A stretch of DNA of 64,000 nucleotides from Actinomycetota bacterium (GTDB lineage: Bacteria; Actinomycetota; Actinomycetes; JAKEEW01), in NCBI GenBank assembly GCA_046735375.1, contig JBKPTD010000041.1, positions 35,395-99,394 of the forward strand, given 5' to 3'. Position numbers and translations under genes: made by a program. Positions 41,156 through 50,107 of the stretch are shown one piece after another (the stretch's first letter is position 1; each line of letters begins with the position of its first letter). Under the pieces are notes generated by a model. That model was given only the letters and a program-made list of their open reading frames with translations, was not told the origin of the DNA and did no database searches.

Positions 41156-41165
41156 CGCAGTCAAC

Positions 41166-41690
41166 TCATATCGCCTTGAAATAATCGAACGGCTCACCAC
41201 AGGCACCGCAGGCATAGATGGCCTTGCACGCCGTGGAACCGAACCTACTGACGAGCCGGCTGCGTGGAGAACCACAACGCGGGCAGCGCGGCGAAATCGC
41301 GACCTGGATGGGACCGGAACGGGTCCTGAGGCCGGACCGGCCGTGGTCTCCAACCGGCCCCGGCGGTGCTATCCCCGCCTCGGCCAGCTTGCGTCGCCCC
41401 TCCTCGGTGATCCAGTCCGTTGTCCAGGCGGGTGAGAGCTCGGTGCGGACCTCGACCGTGGTCGCACCGCTGGTTTCGACCGCTTCGCGGACGTCCGCCG
41501 CAATCGCCTCCATCGCCGGGCAGCCGGAGTAGGTCGGGGTGATCGTGATCGCCACACTCCCGTTGGCTGACACCGTGACATCCCGCAGGATGCCGAGGTC
41601 TTCGATCGTGACCAACGGCAGCTCGGGATCGGGAACCGCCGCCGCCGCCCGTCGTACGGCCTGCTCGTCGATCAGTACCGCGTCGTTCAC
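41166..41690 (-). CDS. paaD: phenylacetyl-CoA epoxidase assembly subunit PaaD
   Basis: DUF59-like core (ELPLVTIEDLGILRDV) and a C-terminal Cys cluster (CPRCGS...CGACGEPF). GTG start overlapping the paaC stop (GTGA). Confidence 0.75.
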   Translation of the reverse strand: MNDAVLIDEQAVRRAAAAVPDPELPLVTIEDLGILRDVTVSANGSVAITITPTYSGCPAMEAIAADVREAVETSGATTVEVRTELSPAWTTDWITEEGRRKLAEAGIAPPGPVGDHGRSGLRTRSGPIQVAISPRCPRCGSPRSRLVSRFGSTACKAIYACGACGEPFDYFKAI

Positions 41691-42463
41691 CAGCGCGCTC
41701 CCTGGTGTGAGCGATGCAAGTGCTGCATCTCGGCGAGGAGGTAGCCGAACGCTTCGGTGTGCACGCCGTGCCGGCCGCCGCCGGGTGCAGTCCACGAACT
41801 CTCGGGCGCGGCGAGGGTCGCCTCGTCGAGCACGCTCGTCACTCGCTTGTGCCACTCCTCGCGCAGACCGCTCGCATCGACGGCGATGCCCTCCCCGACC
41901 AATCGCTGCTCGAGCTCGTCGGTACGGAAAACCTCATCGACATAAGGCCAGAGACGGTCCACAGCCGCCTGCATCCGACGATGACTCTCCTCGGTGCCGT
42001 CACCCAGACGCCGGGTCCAGCCGGCGGCGTGGTCCTCGTGGTAGTCGACCTCCTTGATCGCTTTGCCCGCCACCCCGGCGATGGTCGGATCGACCGAGTC
42101 GGCCAGCCGCTCGTACAGCAGATGCTGATATGCGGAGAAGAAGAGCTGCCTGACGATTGTCTGCGCGAAGTCGCCGTTGGACTGTTCCACGAGCTGGATG
42201 TTGACGAAGTCGCGCTCGTCCCTGAGGAACGCGAAGTCGTCCTCAGTCCGGCCCGCGGCCTCGATCTTCCCCGCAAGTGTCAACAGGACCCGGGCCTGGC
42301 CGAGCAGGTCGAGGGCGATGTTGGTGAGCGCGACGTCTTCCTCGAGCTCCGGGGCGTTCGCTGCCCACTCGCCGAGTCGCTGGGCAAAGATAAGCGCGTC
42401 GTCGCCGAGCCGCAGTGCGTACTGCGCGACGGGTGGCAATTGCGCCGTCGGTGCGCCGCTCAC
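41687..42463 (-). CDS. paaC: phenylacetyl-CoA epoxidase subunit PaaC
   Basis: Ferritin-like PaaC with LGDDALIFAQRLGEW. Sits in the paaA-B-C-D-E order. Confidence 0.8.
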   Translation of the reverse strand: MSGAPTAQLPPVAQYALRLGDDALIFAQRLGEWAANAPELEEDVALTNIALDLLGQARVLLTLAGKIEAAGRTEDDFAFLRDERDFVNIQLVEQSNGDFAQTIVRQLFFSAYQHLLYERLADSVDPTIAGVAGKAIKEVDYHEDHAAGWTRRLGDGTEESHRRMQAAVDRLWPYVDEVFRTDELEQRLVGEGIAVDASGLREEWHKRVTSVLDEATLAAPESSWTAPGGGRHGVHTEAFGYLLAEMQHLHRSHQGARW

Positions 42464-42750
42464 AGATGCTCCACACCCTCTGGAATGTCGTAAAACGTTG
42501 GGTGCCGATAGACCTTGTCCCCCGCCGGCTCGAAGAACGGGTCCTTCTCGTCCGGACTGGAGGCCGTGATCGACGCGGCCGGGACAACCCAGATCGACAC
42601 GCCCTCCTGCCGCCTGGTGTAGACATCCCTGGCCATCCGCAGCGCCATCGATGCGTCGGCGGCATGCAGGCTGCCGACGTGGTTATGGGACAAACCACGC
42701 TTGCTTCGGACGAAGACCTCCCAGAGCGGCCACTCCCGGCGCTCCGTCAC
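42460..42750 (-). CDS. paaB: phenylacetyl-CoA epoxidase subunit PaaB
   Basis: 96 aa, WPLWEVFVR...YRHPTFY, highly conserved PaaB. Confidence 0.85.
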   Translation of the reverse strand: MTERREWPLWEVFVRSKRGLSHNHVGSLHAADASMALRMARDVYTRRQEGVSIWVVPAASITASSPDEKDPFFEPAGDKVYRHPTFYDIPEGVEHL

Positions 42751-43748
42751 GCTGCCACCCCGGCACGCGACTCGTGCTTCTCGGCGTATGCCACCGCAGC
42801 ATCACGCACCCAGCGGCCGTTCTCGTGGGCGCGCACCCGGTGCTCCATCCGCTGACGGTTGCACGGCCCGTCGCCCTTGACGACGCGCTTGAACTCGTCC
42901 CAGTCGATCGGCCCGAAGTCGTACCGGCCGCCGTCGGGGTTCCAGCGCAGGTCCGGGTCAGGGAGAGTCAGCTCGAGGATCTCCGCCTGCGGCACGACCA
43001 TGTCGACGAACTTCTGCCGCAGCTCGTCATTGGAATGCCGCTTGATCTTCCAAGCCATGGACTGGGCGGAGTGCTGGGACTCGTCATCGGGCGGCCCGAA
43101 CATCATCAGGCTCGGCCACCACCAGCGAGTCACGGCGTCCTGTGCCATCGCGCGCTGCTCCGCAGTGCCGTGGGCCAGTGTGTAGAGGATCTCGTAGCCC
43201 TGCCGCTGATGGAACGACTCCTCCTTGCAGATGCGCACCATTGCCCGGGCGTAGGGCCCATAAGAGCACCGGCAGAGCGGGATCTGGTTGGTGATCGCGG
43301 CGCCGTCCACCAGCCAACCGATGGCTCCGACATCCGCCCAGGTCAGCGTCGGGTAGTTGAAGATGCTCGAGTATTTCTGCTTGCCGCGGTGAAGCAGGTC
43401 CAGGAGTTCGTCCCTGGACACCCCCAGCGTCTCCGCGGCGCTGTACAGATAGAGCCCGTGCCCGGCCTCATCTTGCACCTTGGCCATCAGGATCGCTTTG
43501 CGGCGCAGGCTCGGGGCACGAGTGATCCAGTTGCCTTCTGGCTGCATGCCGATGATCTCGGAATGGGCGTGCTGGGCGATCTGACGAATCAGGGTCTTAC
43601 GGTAAGCGTCCGGCACCCAGTCCCGCGGCTCTAGTCGCTGGTCGGCCGCGACCATCTGATCGAATTCCGCCTGCAGCTCAGGCTCCGATGTGGCCACGGC
43701 TCCGCCACCGGCGATCGTGTCCTTGGCTTCCTCGGGCAGGCCATACAT
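42747..43748 (-). CDS. paaA: phenylacetyl-CoA epoxidase catalytic subunit PaaA
   Basis: Di-iron ferritin-like PaaA ([20 protein letters not shown]...EESFHQRQG). Confidence 0.85.
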   Translation of the reverse strand: MYGLPEEAKDTIAGGGAVATSEPELQAEFDQMVAADQRLEPRDWVPDAYRKTLIRQIAQHAHSEIIGMQPEGNWITRAPSLRRKAILMAKVQDEAGHGLYLYSAAETLGVSRDELLDLLHRGKQKYSSIFNYPTLTWADVGAIGWLVDGAAITNQIPLCRCSYGPYARAMVRICKEESFHQRQGYEILYTLAHGTAEQRAMAQDAVTRWWWPSLMMFGPPDDESQHSAQSMAWKIKRHSNDELRQKFVDMVVPQAEILELTLPDPDLRWNPDGGRYDFGPIDWDEFKRVVKGDGPCNRQRMEHRVRAHENGRWVRDAAVAYAEKHESRAGVAA

Positions 43749-43784
43749 GCTTCCGGGCCACCTCTCGGTGAAGCGTGGTCATCA

Positions 43785-43806
43785 CAGCAAACAAACCGAC
43801 CGAACG
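43785..43806. promoter_or_regulatory. PaaR-type operator ACCGACCGAACGTTCGGTCAGT (perfect 16-bp palindrome core) upstream of paaA
   Basis: Matches the reported PaaR motif ACTnACCGnnCGnnCGGTnAGT with one mismatch. It is 40 nt upstream of the paaA start. Confidence 0.6.
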
Positions 43807-43835
43807 TTCGGTCAGTTCAGTCTAATTACCCAGGT

Positions 43836-43983
43836 TCTGGGGGTCAACGCGGGCGCCGACCAGCGGGATCCATCGCGCGAGTCACGAACGCCACCGCACT
43901 GAGCCGGATTCTGGGGGTCACCGCGGGTGCCGGCCAGCGCGATCCATTGCGCGAGTCACGAACTCCACCGCGTCGATCTGGCC
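43836..43983. repeat. tandem direct repeat, 2 x ~74 bp (~90% identical)
   Basis: TCTGGGGGTCAMCGCGGGYGCCGRCCAGCGSGATCCATYGCGCGAGTCACGAACKCCACCGC occurs twice head-to-tail. The second copy is the 3' end (last ~17 codons plus stop) of the 43918-44124 gene. Confidence 0.7.
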
Positions 43984-44124
43984 AACCGCATATCGTTCGA
44001 CGTCCCGCAGCATCTCGCCACTTGGTTCCAGCCCGTCGGCGCGGAGCCCGGCGAGCACCTCTCCCACGACCGCGCGGCGCTCTTCGATTTCTTCCCGCCC
44101 CTTGCCCCCGCTCAGCCCACGCAT
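43918..44124 (-). CDS. VbhA-family antitoxin-like small protein with no adjacent Fic/Doc partner
   Basis: 68 aa. EERRAVVGEVLAGLRADGLEPSGEMLRDVERYAVGQIDAVEFVTRAM resembles the VbhA antitoxin helix pair. The Ser-x3-Glu-Gly inhibitory motif is replaced by G-x3-D-G. Confidence 0.45.
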   Translation of the reverse strand: MRGLSGGKGREEIEERRAVVGEVLAGLRADGLEPSGEMLRDVERYAVGQIDAVEFVTRAMDRAGRHPR

Positions 44125-44149
44125 TCGCCGAGGTCCTCCTCCGGCTTGA

Positions 44150-45475
44150 CTATCCGACGCCGCCTGGAGCAGCAGGATGGCATCTGCAGTCGATCTTCCG
44201 CCGCACCGACACGCCGCAATCGATCAACGAGCCGCCGACTGCCAATGCCTCCACGGTCGCGTCGCCCACCGTCACGCTTTCGCGGCGCGCCGCTCGCACC
44301 ACCGGGCCGGCGACGGCCGCCATCACCAACAGGCCGGCCGCGCCGGCCATCGCCACGAGCGGCCTGGGTGCGATCCACGTGAGCAGGATGCCGCCGAGAA
44401 GGTAGCCGACCACGCTGCCGCCTTGGGCGACACCGGCCAGCTGTGCAAATGCCCGGCCGCGGACCTCCTCCGGCACCCGGCGCGCCATCAGCACCGCCAT
44501 GAGGGTGTTTTCGCCACCATTGGTGATCCCGCCGACCAACCAGATCGGGATCAGCCAGCCAACAGCGGGCACAGCGGCCGAAGCCAGCACCGCTACGCAG
44601 CTCCCAGCGAGCAGCACGAGTGACCCCAGGCCGAGCACGCCGTCCTCATCCCTGCGCCGCACCCATCTCGCCACAATCCAGGCGCCTGCGAGCATTCCGC
44701 CGGTCCAGGTCGCGGCGACCAGCCCAAACCAGGTTGCCGTGGCGCCCAGGGTTTCACGGACGAAGAAGACGTCGACCACGTTGATCGCCGTAACCGCGGC
44801 CACCACCATTCCGAGCGCCAGGACGAGTGGGCCGAGGAGCGGGTCTGAGCGCAGTCGCCAGGTCCTCGACGGCGTCCGCTCCTGCTCGAGCGACGCCGCC
44901 CGCCTCTCGCTGCCGCCGCGGCGAGTCCTGATCGACAGACCCGCGGCGACGATGGCGAGGTATGAGACCGCGTCCAGCAGCAACGCTGGCCGAGCGCCGT
45001 ACTGACCGACGAGGACACCGGCCAGGGCCGGGCCCACGAGCAGCCCGACGGCTGATGCGGTCTGGTTCAGCGCGCTCGCGCGCGGCAGCTCGTCGCGACC
45101 CACCATCTCGGGTATGAGTGCGGCAAACGTCGGCGAGGTGATCGCGAGCCCAGCTGTCAGGAGCGCGACCAGGCCGATCACCAGGCCCGGGTGCGAGGTG
45201 TACGCGAGGACGACGCAGGCCGCTGCTTGCCCGAAGCCAGCGGCAACCAGCAACGTGCGGCTGTCCACTCGGTCGGCAAGCCTGCCTGTCAATGGCGCGA
45301 GGAGCACGAGTGGGACCGCCTCGGCGAGCAGCACCCCTGCGACCGCCAAGCCGCCGTAGCCCCGGCTCTGCAGGGTCAGCACCAACGCGGTCACAGCGAG
45401 CATGTCGCCGCAAACGGAGCCGCCACGCGCTGCGGCAGCAATGTACACATCGCGCCAGGAAGATCTGAAAATCAC
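44150..45475 (-). CDS. MFS transporter
   Basis: 12-TM major-facilitator architecture. Lies downstream of the ArsR-type regulator gene. Confidence 0.8.
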   Translation of the reverse strand: MIFRSSWRDVYIAAAARGGSVCGDMLAVTALVLTLQSRGYGGLAVAGVLLAEAVPLVLLAPLTGRLADRVDSRTLLVAAGFGQAAACVVLAYTSHPGLVIGLVALLTAGLAITSPTFAALIPEMVGRDELPRASALNQTASAVGLLVGPALAGVLVGQYGARPALLLDAVSYLAIVAAGLSIRTRRGGSERRAASLEQERTPSRTWRLRSDPLLGPLVLALGMVVAAVTAINVVDVFFVRETLGATATWFGLVAATWTGGMLAGAWIVARWVRRRDEDGVLGLGSLVLLAGSCVAVLASAAVPAVGWLIPIWLVGGITNGGENTLMAVLMARRVPEEVRGRAFAQLAGVAQGGSVVGYLLGGILLTWIAPRPLVAMAGAAGLLVMAAVAGPVVRAARRESVTVGDATVEALAVGGSLIDCGVSVRRKIDCRCHPAAPGGVG

Positions 45476-45523
45476 ATTGTGAAAATACTCTTTCAGAGAT
45501 TCCCTGGCAAGGGTCGATCGCAG

Positions 45524-46093
45524 TCAGTCGATCGGCAGGCTGCGGTACTGCACGGTCACGGCGCGTGCCCCCTCCGGCGCCGCGCCGCGCCGCTCCCGCC
45601 TCCGATATCTGTCCAAGAGATCGTGGACGGTTTTGTTGATCTCTTGGAGCTCCGCTGCAGTGACCAGCAGGCGGTGCTCGGAGAGCACAGCGGCGTCATA
45701 CCACTCTGTCGGCTCCTCCCGGGCGCGCTCGACCCAGCTGCGCACCTTAGCGTTCTCCCGGTCCAGATAGACATCGAGCAGCGCCCGCTCGGCGGCCAAT
45801 GCCTCCGGCGACGCGTCCTGGCCCGCGTCGACCCGGTAGCTGTGCTGCGGTGCCCGCCAGACACGTTCCCGCCCGTCCCCGCGGCTCGGAGCCTCCTCGA
45901 CCAGGCCCAGGTTGGCCAGGGTTCGCAGGTGGTAACTCGTCGCGCTCGGTGAAAGGCCGCTGATCTGGGCGCACTCGGTGGCCGTCGCACCGGACGGGCT
46001 GTCGTGCAGATAATCGAGGATCGCCAACCTCGCCGGATGGGCCAGCGCGCGCATCATCGCCGGATCCGCGATCCGAATCTCCTCGGTAGTCAT
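45524..46093 (-). CDS. ArsR-family winged-helix transcriptional regulator with an extended C-terminal domain
   Basis: HPARLAILDYL...ECAQISGLSPSATSYHLRTLANLGLV is an ArsR HTH. Confidence 0.75.
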   Translation of the reverse strand: MTTEEIRIADPAMMRALAHPARLAILDYLHDSPSGATATECAQISGLSPSATSYHLRTLANLGLVEEAPSRGDGRERVWRAPQHSYRVDAGQDASPEALAAERALLDVYLDRENAKVRSWVERAREEPTEWYDAAVLSEHRLLVTAAELQEINKTVHDLLDRYRRRERRGAAPEGARAVTVQYRSLPID

Positions 46094-46238
46094 ATCCCTG
46101 GCCCGACCGTGAATTCATCCCCCGCCACTCAAGCGGGGCCTGAGCACAAGGTAGCCGTCAGCGGCGGCGTGGAGAAACGCCGCGACGTCTCCAGCCCTTG
46201 AGGTCGCCAGAGACGATGCGGCTGCGACACTGTGCAAC

Positions 46239-46856
46239 GTGTCCATCAGCCGGCCGCCCCGCACTCGCCGCACCGCCACCGGAGAGCGCCGCGCCGCCTA
46301 TGACCCCGAGACGCTTCTCGAAGTCGCCGCGACGGTCTTCACAGAACGCGGCTACGACGGCACCAGCATGGAGCACCTTGCCATGGCCGCCGGCATCACC
46401 AAGTCGTCCATTTACCACCACGTCCCGGGCAAGGAAGCACTCCTGCGGGCGGCCCTCGACCGCGCACTCGACGCGCTGTTTGCCGTCTGCGACGAGCCGC
46501 AGTCAACAACCGGTGCCGCCATCGATCGGCTCGAGCACGTCATCAGGCGTTCGGTCGAAATCCTCGACGAGGAGCTCCCTTACGCCACGCTGCTCCTTCG
46601 AGTGCGCGGCAACACCGACACCGAGCAGGATGCGCTGGAACGCCGCCGGACCTTCGACCGGTTCGTGACCAAGCTGGTGGCGGAGGCTGCGCAGGACGGA
46701 GACCTCGCACCGGAGATCGATCCGAGCCTCACGACCAGGCTGGTCTTCGGCATGATCAATTCGATCACCGAGTGGTACCACCCGGGCCGCGGCGTGACAG
46801 TCCATGAGCTGGCCGATGCGGTCGTTGCGCTCGCCCTACGGCGCACGCAGGCATAG
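46239..46856 (+). CDS. TetR-family transcriptional regulator
   Basis: TetR HTH (TSMEHLAMAAGITKSSIYHHVPGKEALL). Confidence 0.85.
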   Translation: MSISRPPRTRRTATGERRAAYDPETLLEVAATVFTERGYDGTSMEHLAMAAGITKSSIYHHVPGKEALLRAALDRALDALFAVCDEPQSTTGAAIDRLEHVIRRSVEILDEELPYATLLLRVRGNTDTEQDALERRRTFDRFVTKLVAEAAQDGDLAPEIDPSLTTRLVFGMINSITEWYHPGRGVTVHELADAVVALALRRTQA

Positions 46857-46862
46857 GGCAGG

Positions 46863-48233
46863 TCAGGAGAGGTCGGCCAGCCTCTCCAGCAGCAGCGCCT
46901 CGGCAAGACAGGCCTTGGAGTACTCGTCCAGATGCAAGCTCTCATTGAAGCCGTGCGCTCGAGAGTCCGGGTCCTCGACGCCGGTCACCAGGATCGCAGC
47001 GTCGGGGAAGGCATCGGCGAACTCGGCGACGAAGGGGATCGTCCCGCCCACGCCCATATCGACCGGCGGTCGTCCCCATGCCTCCTGGAAAGCCGCTCGC
47101 GCCGCGTCGTACCTCGGTCCTTGGGCGTCGATCTGGTACGGCTCGCTGTAGGAGATGGGAGTCACTGTGACGTGAGCCCCGAAGGGCGCATGCGTCGTGA
47201 GGTGCTCGGAAAGCTTGTCCATCGCCGACTTCGAGTCATCACCCGGGGCTAGGCGCACACTGACCTTGGCTTTCGCCGAGGCAAGCAAGGTGTTCGAGGC
47301 ATCCGCGGTCCGCGTCGTGTCGATGGCGAGGACGGTCGCTGTCGGCTTGGCCCACAGCCGGTCGACAAGGCGTCCGCTGCCGATGAGCTCGACGCCGTCG
47401 AGGATGCCCGCCTCGGCGCGCAAGCGCTCCTCCGATAGGTCAAGCGGTGCGGACGAACCACTCGCGAGGCCCGGGATCGCGACGGCGCCGTCGTCGTCGT
47501 GCAACGTGGCGAGCAGCCGGCAGAGACCGGTCAGTGCGTCCATCACGACCCCGCCGTACATGCCGGAGTGAACCGGGTGGTCGAGTACCTTGACCTCGAC
47601 GAAGCAGTCGATGAGGCCGCGAAGCGAGGTTGTCAAGGCGGGTACGCCGACCTCCCAATTGCCCGAGTCGGCGAGCACGATCACGTCGGCCGCGAGCAGG
47701 TCGCGATAGCGCGAGAGGAACGGCCCGAGCGTTGGTGACCCCAACTCCTCCTCACCCTCAACGAGTACGGTCACGCCGACTGGTGGGTTGTTACCGAATG
47801 CGCGCAGGGCAGCAATATGTGCCATCACCCCGGCCTTGTCGTCCGCTGCTCCCCGGCCGTAGAGCCGACCCTCGCGCTCGACTGGTTCGAACGGGGGTGA
47901 CGTCCACTCAGCCGGATCTCCGGTTGGCTGCACGTCATGGTGGCCATAGAGCAGGACCGTCGGCTTGCCCGGCGGGGCCTGCCTCCGTGCGACGACCGCG
48001 GGCGCACCGCCCTCGACCTCGAGGATCTGGACATCCTCGATATCGCATCCGCGCAGCAGGGCTGCTACGGCCTCGGCCGATGCGCGGACGTGACCGGCCG
48101 CTGTGGGATCGGCGCTGACAGAAGGGATACGGACCAGTCGCTCGAGATCCTCTCGTACCCCAGGAAGTACCTGCTCAACGGCGGCCCGGACATCACTCGT
48201 CATAACGGCGAGCCTACCGATGCCGCACGTCAC
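46863..48233 (-). CDS. M20-family dipeptidase / peptidase
   Basis: M20 metal-binding motifs (LLYGHHDVQPTGD, GRGAADDKAG, a dimerisation domain). The start may be the Met at 48203. Confidence 0.8.
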   Translation of the reverse strand: MTCGIGRLAVMTSDVRAAVEQVLPGVREDLERLVRIPSVSADPTAAGHVRASAEAVAALLRGCDIEDVQILEVEGGAPAVVARRQAPPGKPTVLLYGHHDVQPTGDPAEWTSPPFEPVEREGRLYGRGAADDKAGVMAHIAALRAFGNNPPVGVTVLVEGEEELGSPTLGPFLSRYRDLLAADVIVLADSGNWEVGVPALTTSLRGLIDCFVEVKVLDHPVHSGMYGGVVMDALTGLCRLLATLHDDDGAVAIPGLASGSSAPLDLSEERLRAEAGILDGVELIGSGRLVDRLWAKPTATVLAIDTTRTADASNTLLASAKAKVSVRLAPGDDSKSAMDKLSEHLTTHAPFGAHVTVTPISYSEPYQIDAQGPRYDAARAAFQEAWGRPPVDMGVGGTIPFVAEFADAFPDAAILVTGVEDPDSRAHGFNESLHLDEYSKACLAEALLLERLADLS

Positions 48234-48260
48234 GGAAATCGGTGGCGCGACCGCACCGGA

Positions 48261-49955
48261 TCAGGCGTGGCGGCGCGACTGCACGATCCGGAAACGGCCG
48301 GCGACGAAGGCGCCGTCGGTCAGGACCGCGTTGCATGCCGGGTTGGCACCGGTGCCGTGGAAGTCGGAGAAGGCCGCCGACTGGTTGACGTAGATCCCGC
48401 CCGTCAGATTGCACGACAGGGCGACGCCCGCCTCCATCGCCGCTTCCTCCGCCGCATCGAGGACCTGATCAGAGGTCGAATAGACCGACGCCGTCAGCGC
48501 GCCGTGCTCGCTCACCGTCTGGCGGAAGATATGCAGACTCTGCTCGGTAGAATCGGTGGCGATGAGGAAAGAGATCGGGCCGAAGAACTCACCCGAGTAC
48601 ACGTCTTGGTCTGCCGCGTCGAGCCGGACGATCAGCGGGGTGCGCACCTTGGCGTCAGGGAAGGCGGGATGAGTCACCTCCTCGGCGGGCCGTACAACAT
48701 CACCCAGGGTGGCCGATCGTTCGAGCCGCGCCAACACGGCGTCGTTGACGATCGCACCGGTCAGCTCGACCCCGCGCGCCGGATCGCTCAGCAGCGCGTC
48801 GACGGCGGCTCGGATGCCGGCGGCCACCTCGTCGAAGGACTTGTCCCCTTCATTGGTTCGGATGCCGTCGCGCGGGATAAGGAAGTTCTGCGGTGCCGTG
48901 CACATCTGGCCGGAGTAGAGCGACAAGGAGAAGGCAATGTTCGCCGTCATCCCGCGGAAGTCATCGGTGGAGTCGACAATGACCGTGTTGACTCCAGCTT
49001 TCTCGGTGTAGACGTCGGCCTGCCTGGCGTGCTGCTCTAGCCAGTCGCCGTACTGCGTGGAACCCGTGAAATCGACAATCTTCACGTCGTGATGAGTTGC
49101 GAGCACGGACGCCAATCCCTCGCCATCACGTTCGGCGGCCAGGCAAACGAGGTTGGGGTCGAAGCCGAACTCGGCCAGCGTCTCCCTGGCGACGGCGACT
49201 GTGATCGCCAGCGGAAGGACGGCCCGAGGGTGCGGCTTGACCACGACCGCGTTCCCTGTCACCAGGCTCGCGAACAGACCCGGGTAAGAGTTCCACGTCG
49301 GGAAGGTGTTGCAGCCCACGACAAGGGCCAGCCCCCGCGGCACGACGTGGAAGGTCTTGGTCATCCGCAGCGGGTCACGCTTGCCTTGCGGCTTTTCCCA
49401 ATAGGCCGTGTCCGAATGCCGGGTCATCTCGGTGTAGGCGTACGCGATGGCCTCGAGGGCCCGGTCCTGCGCATGTGGGCCACCCGCCTGGAACGCCATG
49501 ACGAACGCCTGGCCGGTCGTGTGCATGACCGCATGGGCGAGCTCGAAGCTGCGCTTGTTGATCCGGTCGACGATCTCGATGCAGACGGCCGCCCTGGCGA
49601 GCGGACCGACGTCCCGCCATTCAGGAATCGCCGCCCGCATGGCGGCGAAGAGCTTCTCGACATCCGCGACATGTGGATAGGTGACACCGAGCTCAGGGCC
49701 GAACGGCGACTGCTCGGCACCGACCTGGCCGTCGCTGCCAGGCATCTCCAGCCCGGGAAACGGCTTGCCGAGGTGAGCGGCGTGGGCAGCCTCACCCTCG
49801 GCCGCGGCAGTCTCGCCGTAGACCCGGGGACTGGGCGATTCCGGGTATGCCGAGAAGTACATGCGCTCGTGCGCCGCGGCAACCGCTTTGTCGAGGGTGG
49901 GCCGCTGCTTCTCGATCAGCTCGTCGACGGCCGGGTTGGTCATCGTCTGCGGCAT
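48261..49955 (-). CDS. paaN: phenylacetic acid degradation ring-opening aldehyde dehydrogenase PaaN (PaaZ-ALDH-type)
   Basis: 564-aa ALDH-superfamily protein (catalytic Cys in GQMCTAP) of the PaaN type. Start chosen at MPQTMTNPAV. The track ORF has a spurious Arg-rich 167-aa extension. Confidence 0.8.
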   Translation of the reverse strand: MPQTMTNPAVDELIEKQRPTLDKAVAAAHERMYFSAYPESPSPRVYGETAAAEGEAAHAAHLGKPFPGLEMPGSDGQVGAEQSPFGPELGVTYPHVADVEKLFAAMRAAIPEWRDVGPLARAAVCIEIVDRINKRSFELAHAVMHTTGQAFVMAFQAGGPHAQDRALEAIAYAYTEMTRHSDTAYWEKPQGKRDPLRMTKTFHVVPRGLALVVGCNTFPTWNSYPGLFASLVTGNAVVVKPHPRAVLPLAITVAVARETLAEFGFDPNLVCLAAERDGEGLASVLATHHDVKIVDFTGSTQYGDWLEQHARQADVYTEKAGVNTVIVDSTDDFRGMTANIAFSLSLYSGQMCTAPQNFLIPRDGIRTNEGDKSFDEVAAGIRAAVDALLSDPARGVELTGAIVNDAVLARLERSATLGDVVRPAEEVTHPAFPDAKVRTPLIVRLDAADQDVYSGEFFGPISFLIATDSTEQSLHIFRQTVSEHGALTASVYSTSDQVLDAAEEAAMEAGVALSCNLTGGIYVNQSAAFSDFHGTGANPACNAVLTDGAFVAGRFRIVQSRRHA

Positions 49956-50002
49956 CGTCGCCCGCTCCTTACGTTGCTCTCGCTGGCTTCGGCCATTATG
50001 GC

Positions 50003-50024
50003 TCAGACCGAACGTTCGGTCGGC
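50003..50024. promoter_or_regulatory. second PaaR-type operator (core GACCGAACGTTCGGTC) in the paaN / paaH divergent region
   Basis: 16-bp core palindrome identical to the paaA operator. About 50 nt upstream of paaN and about 87 nt upstream of paaH. Confidence 0.55.
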
Positions 50025-50107
50025 AGCACCGTCCCGCGAGGCTTGGCACCGTACCCCTACGGTTGACTGCGTACTCCACCACGGCGGGCAAAGGAAGAGG
50101 AGGGTCG

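Noticed and set aside
47937-50066. Plus-strand ORFs 47937-49040 and 49089-50066
   Set aside because: Both antisense to the M20 peptidase and paaN genes. High-GC artefacts.
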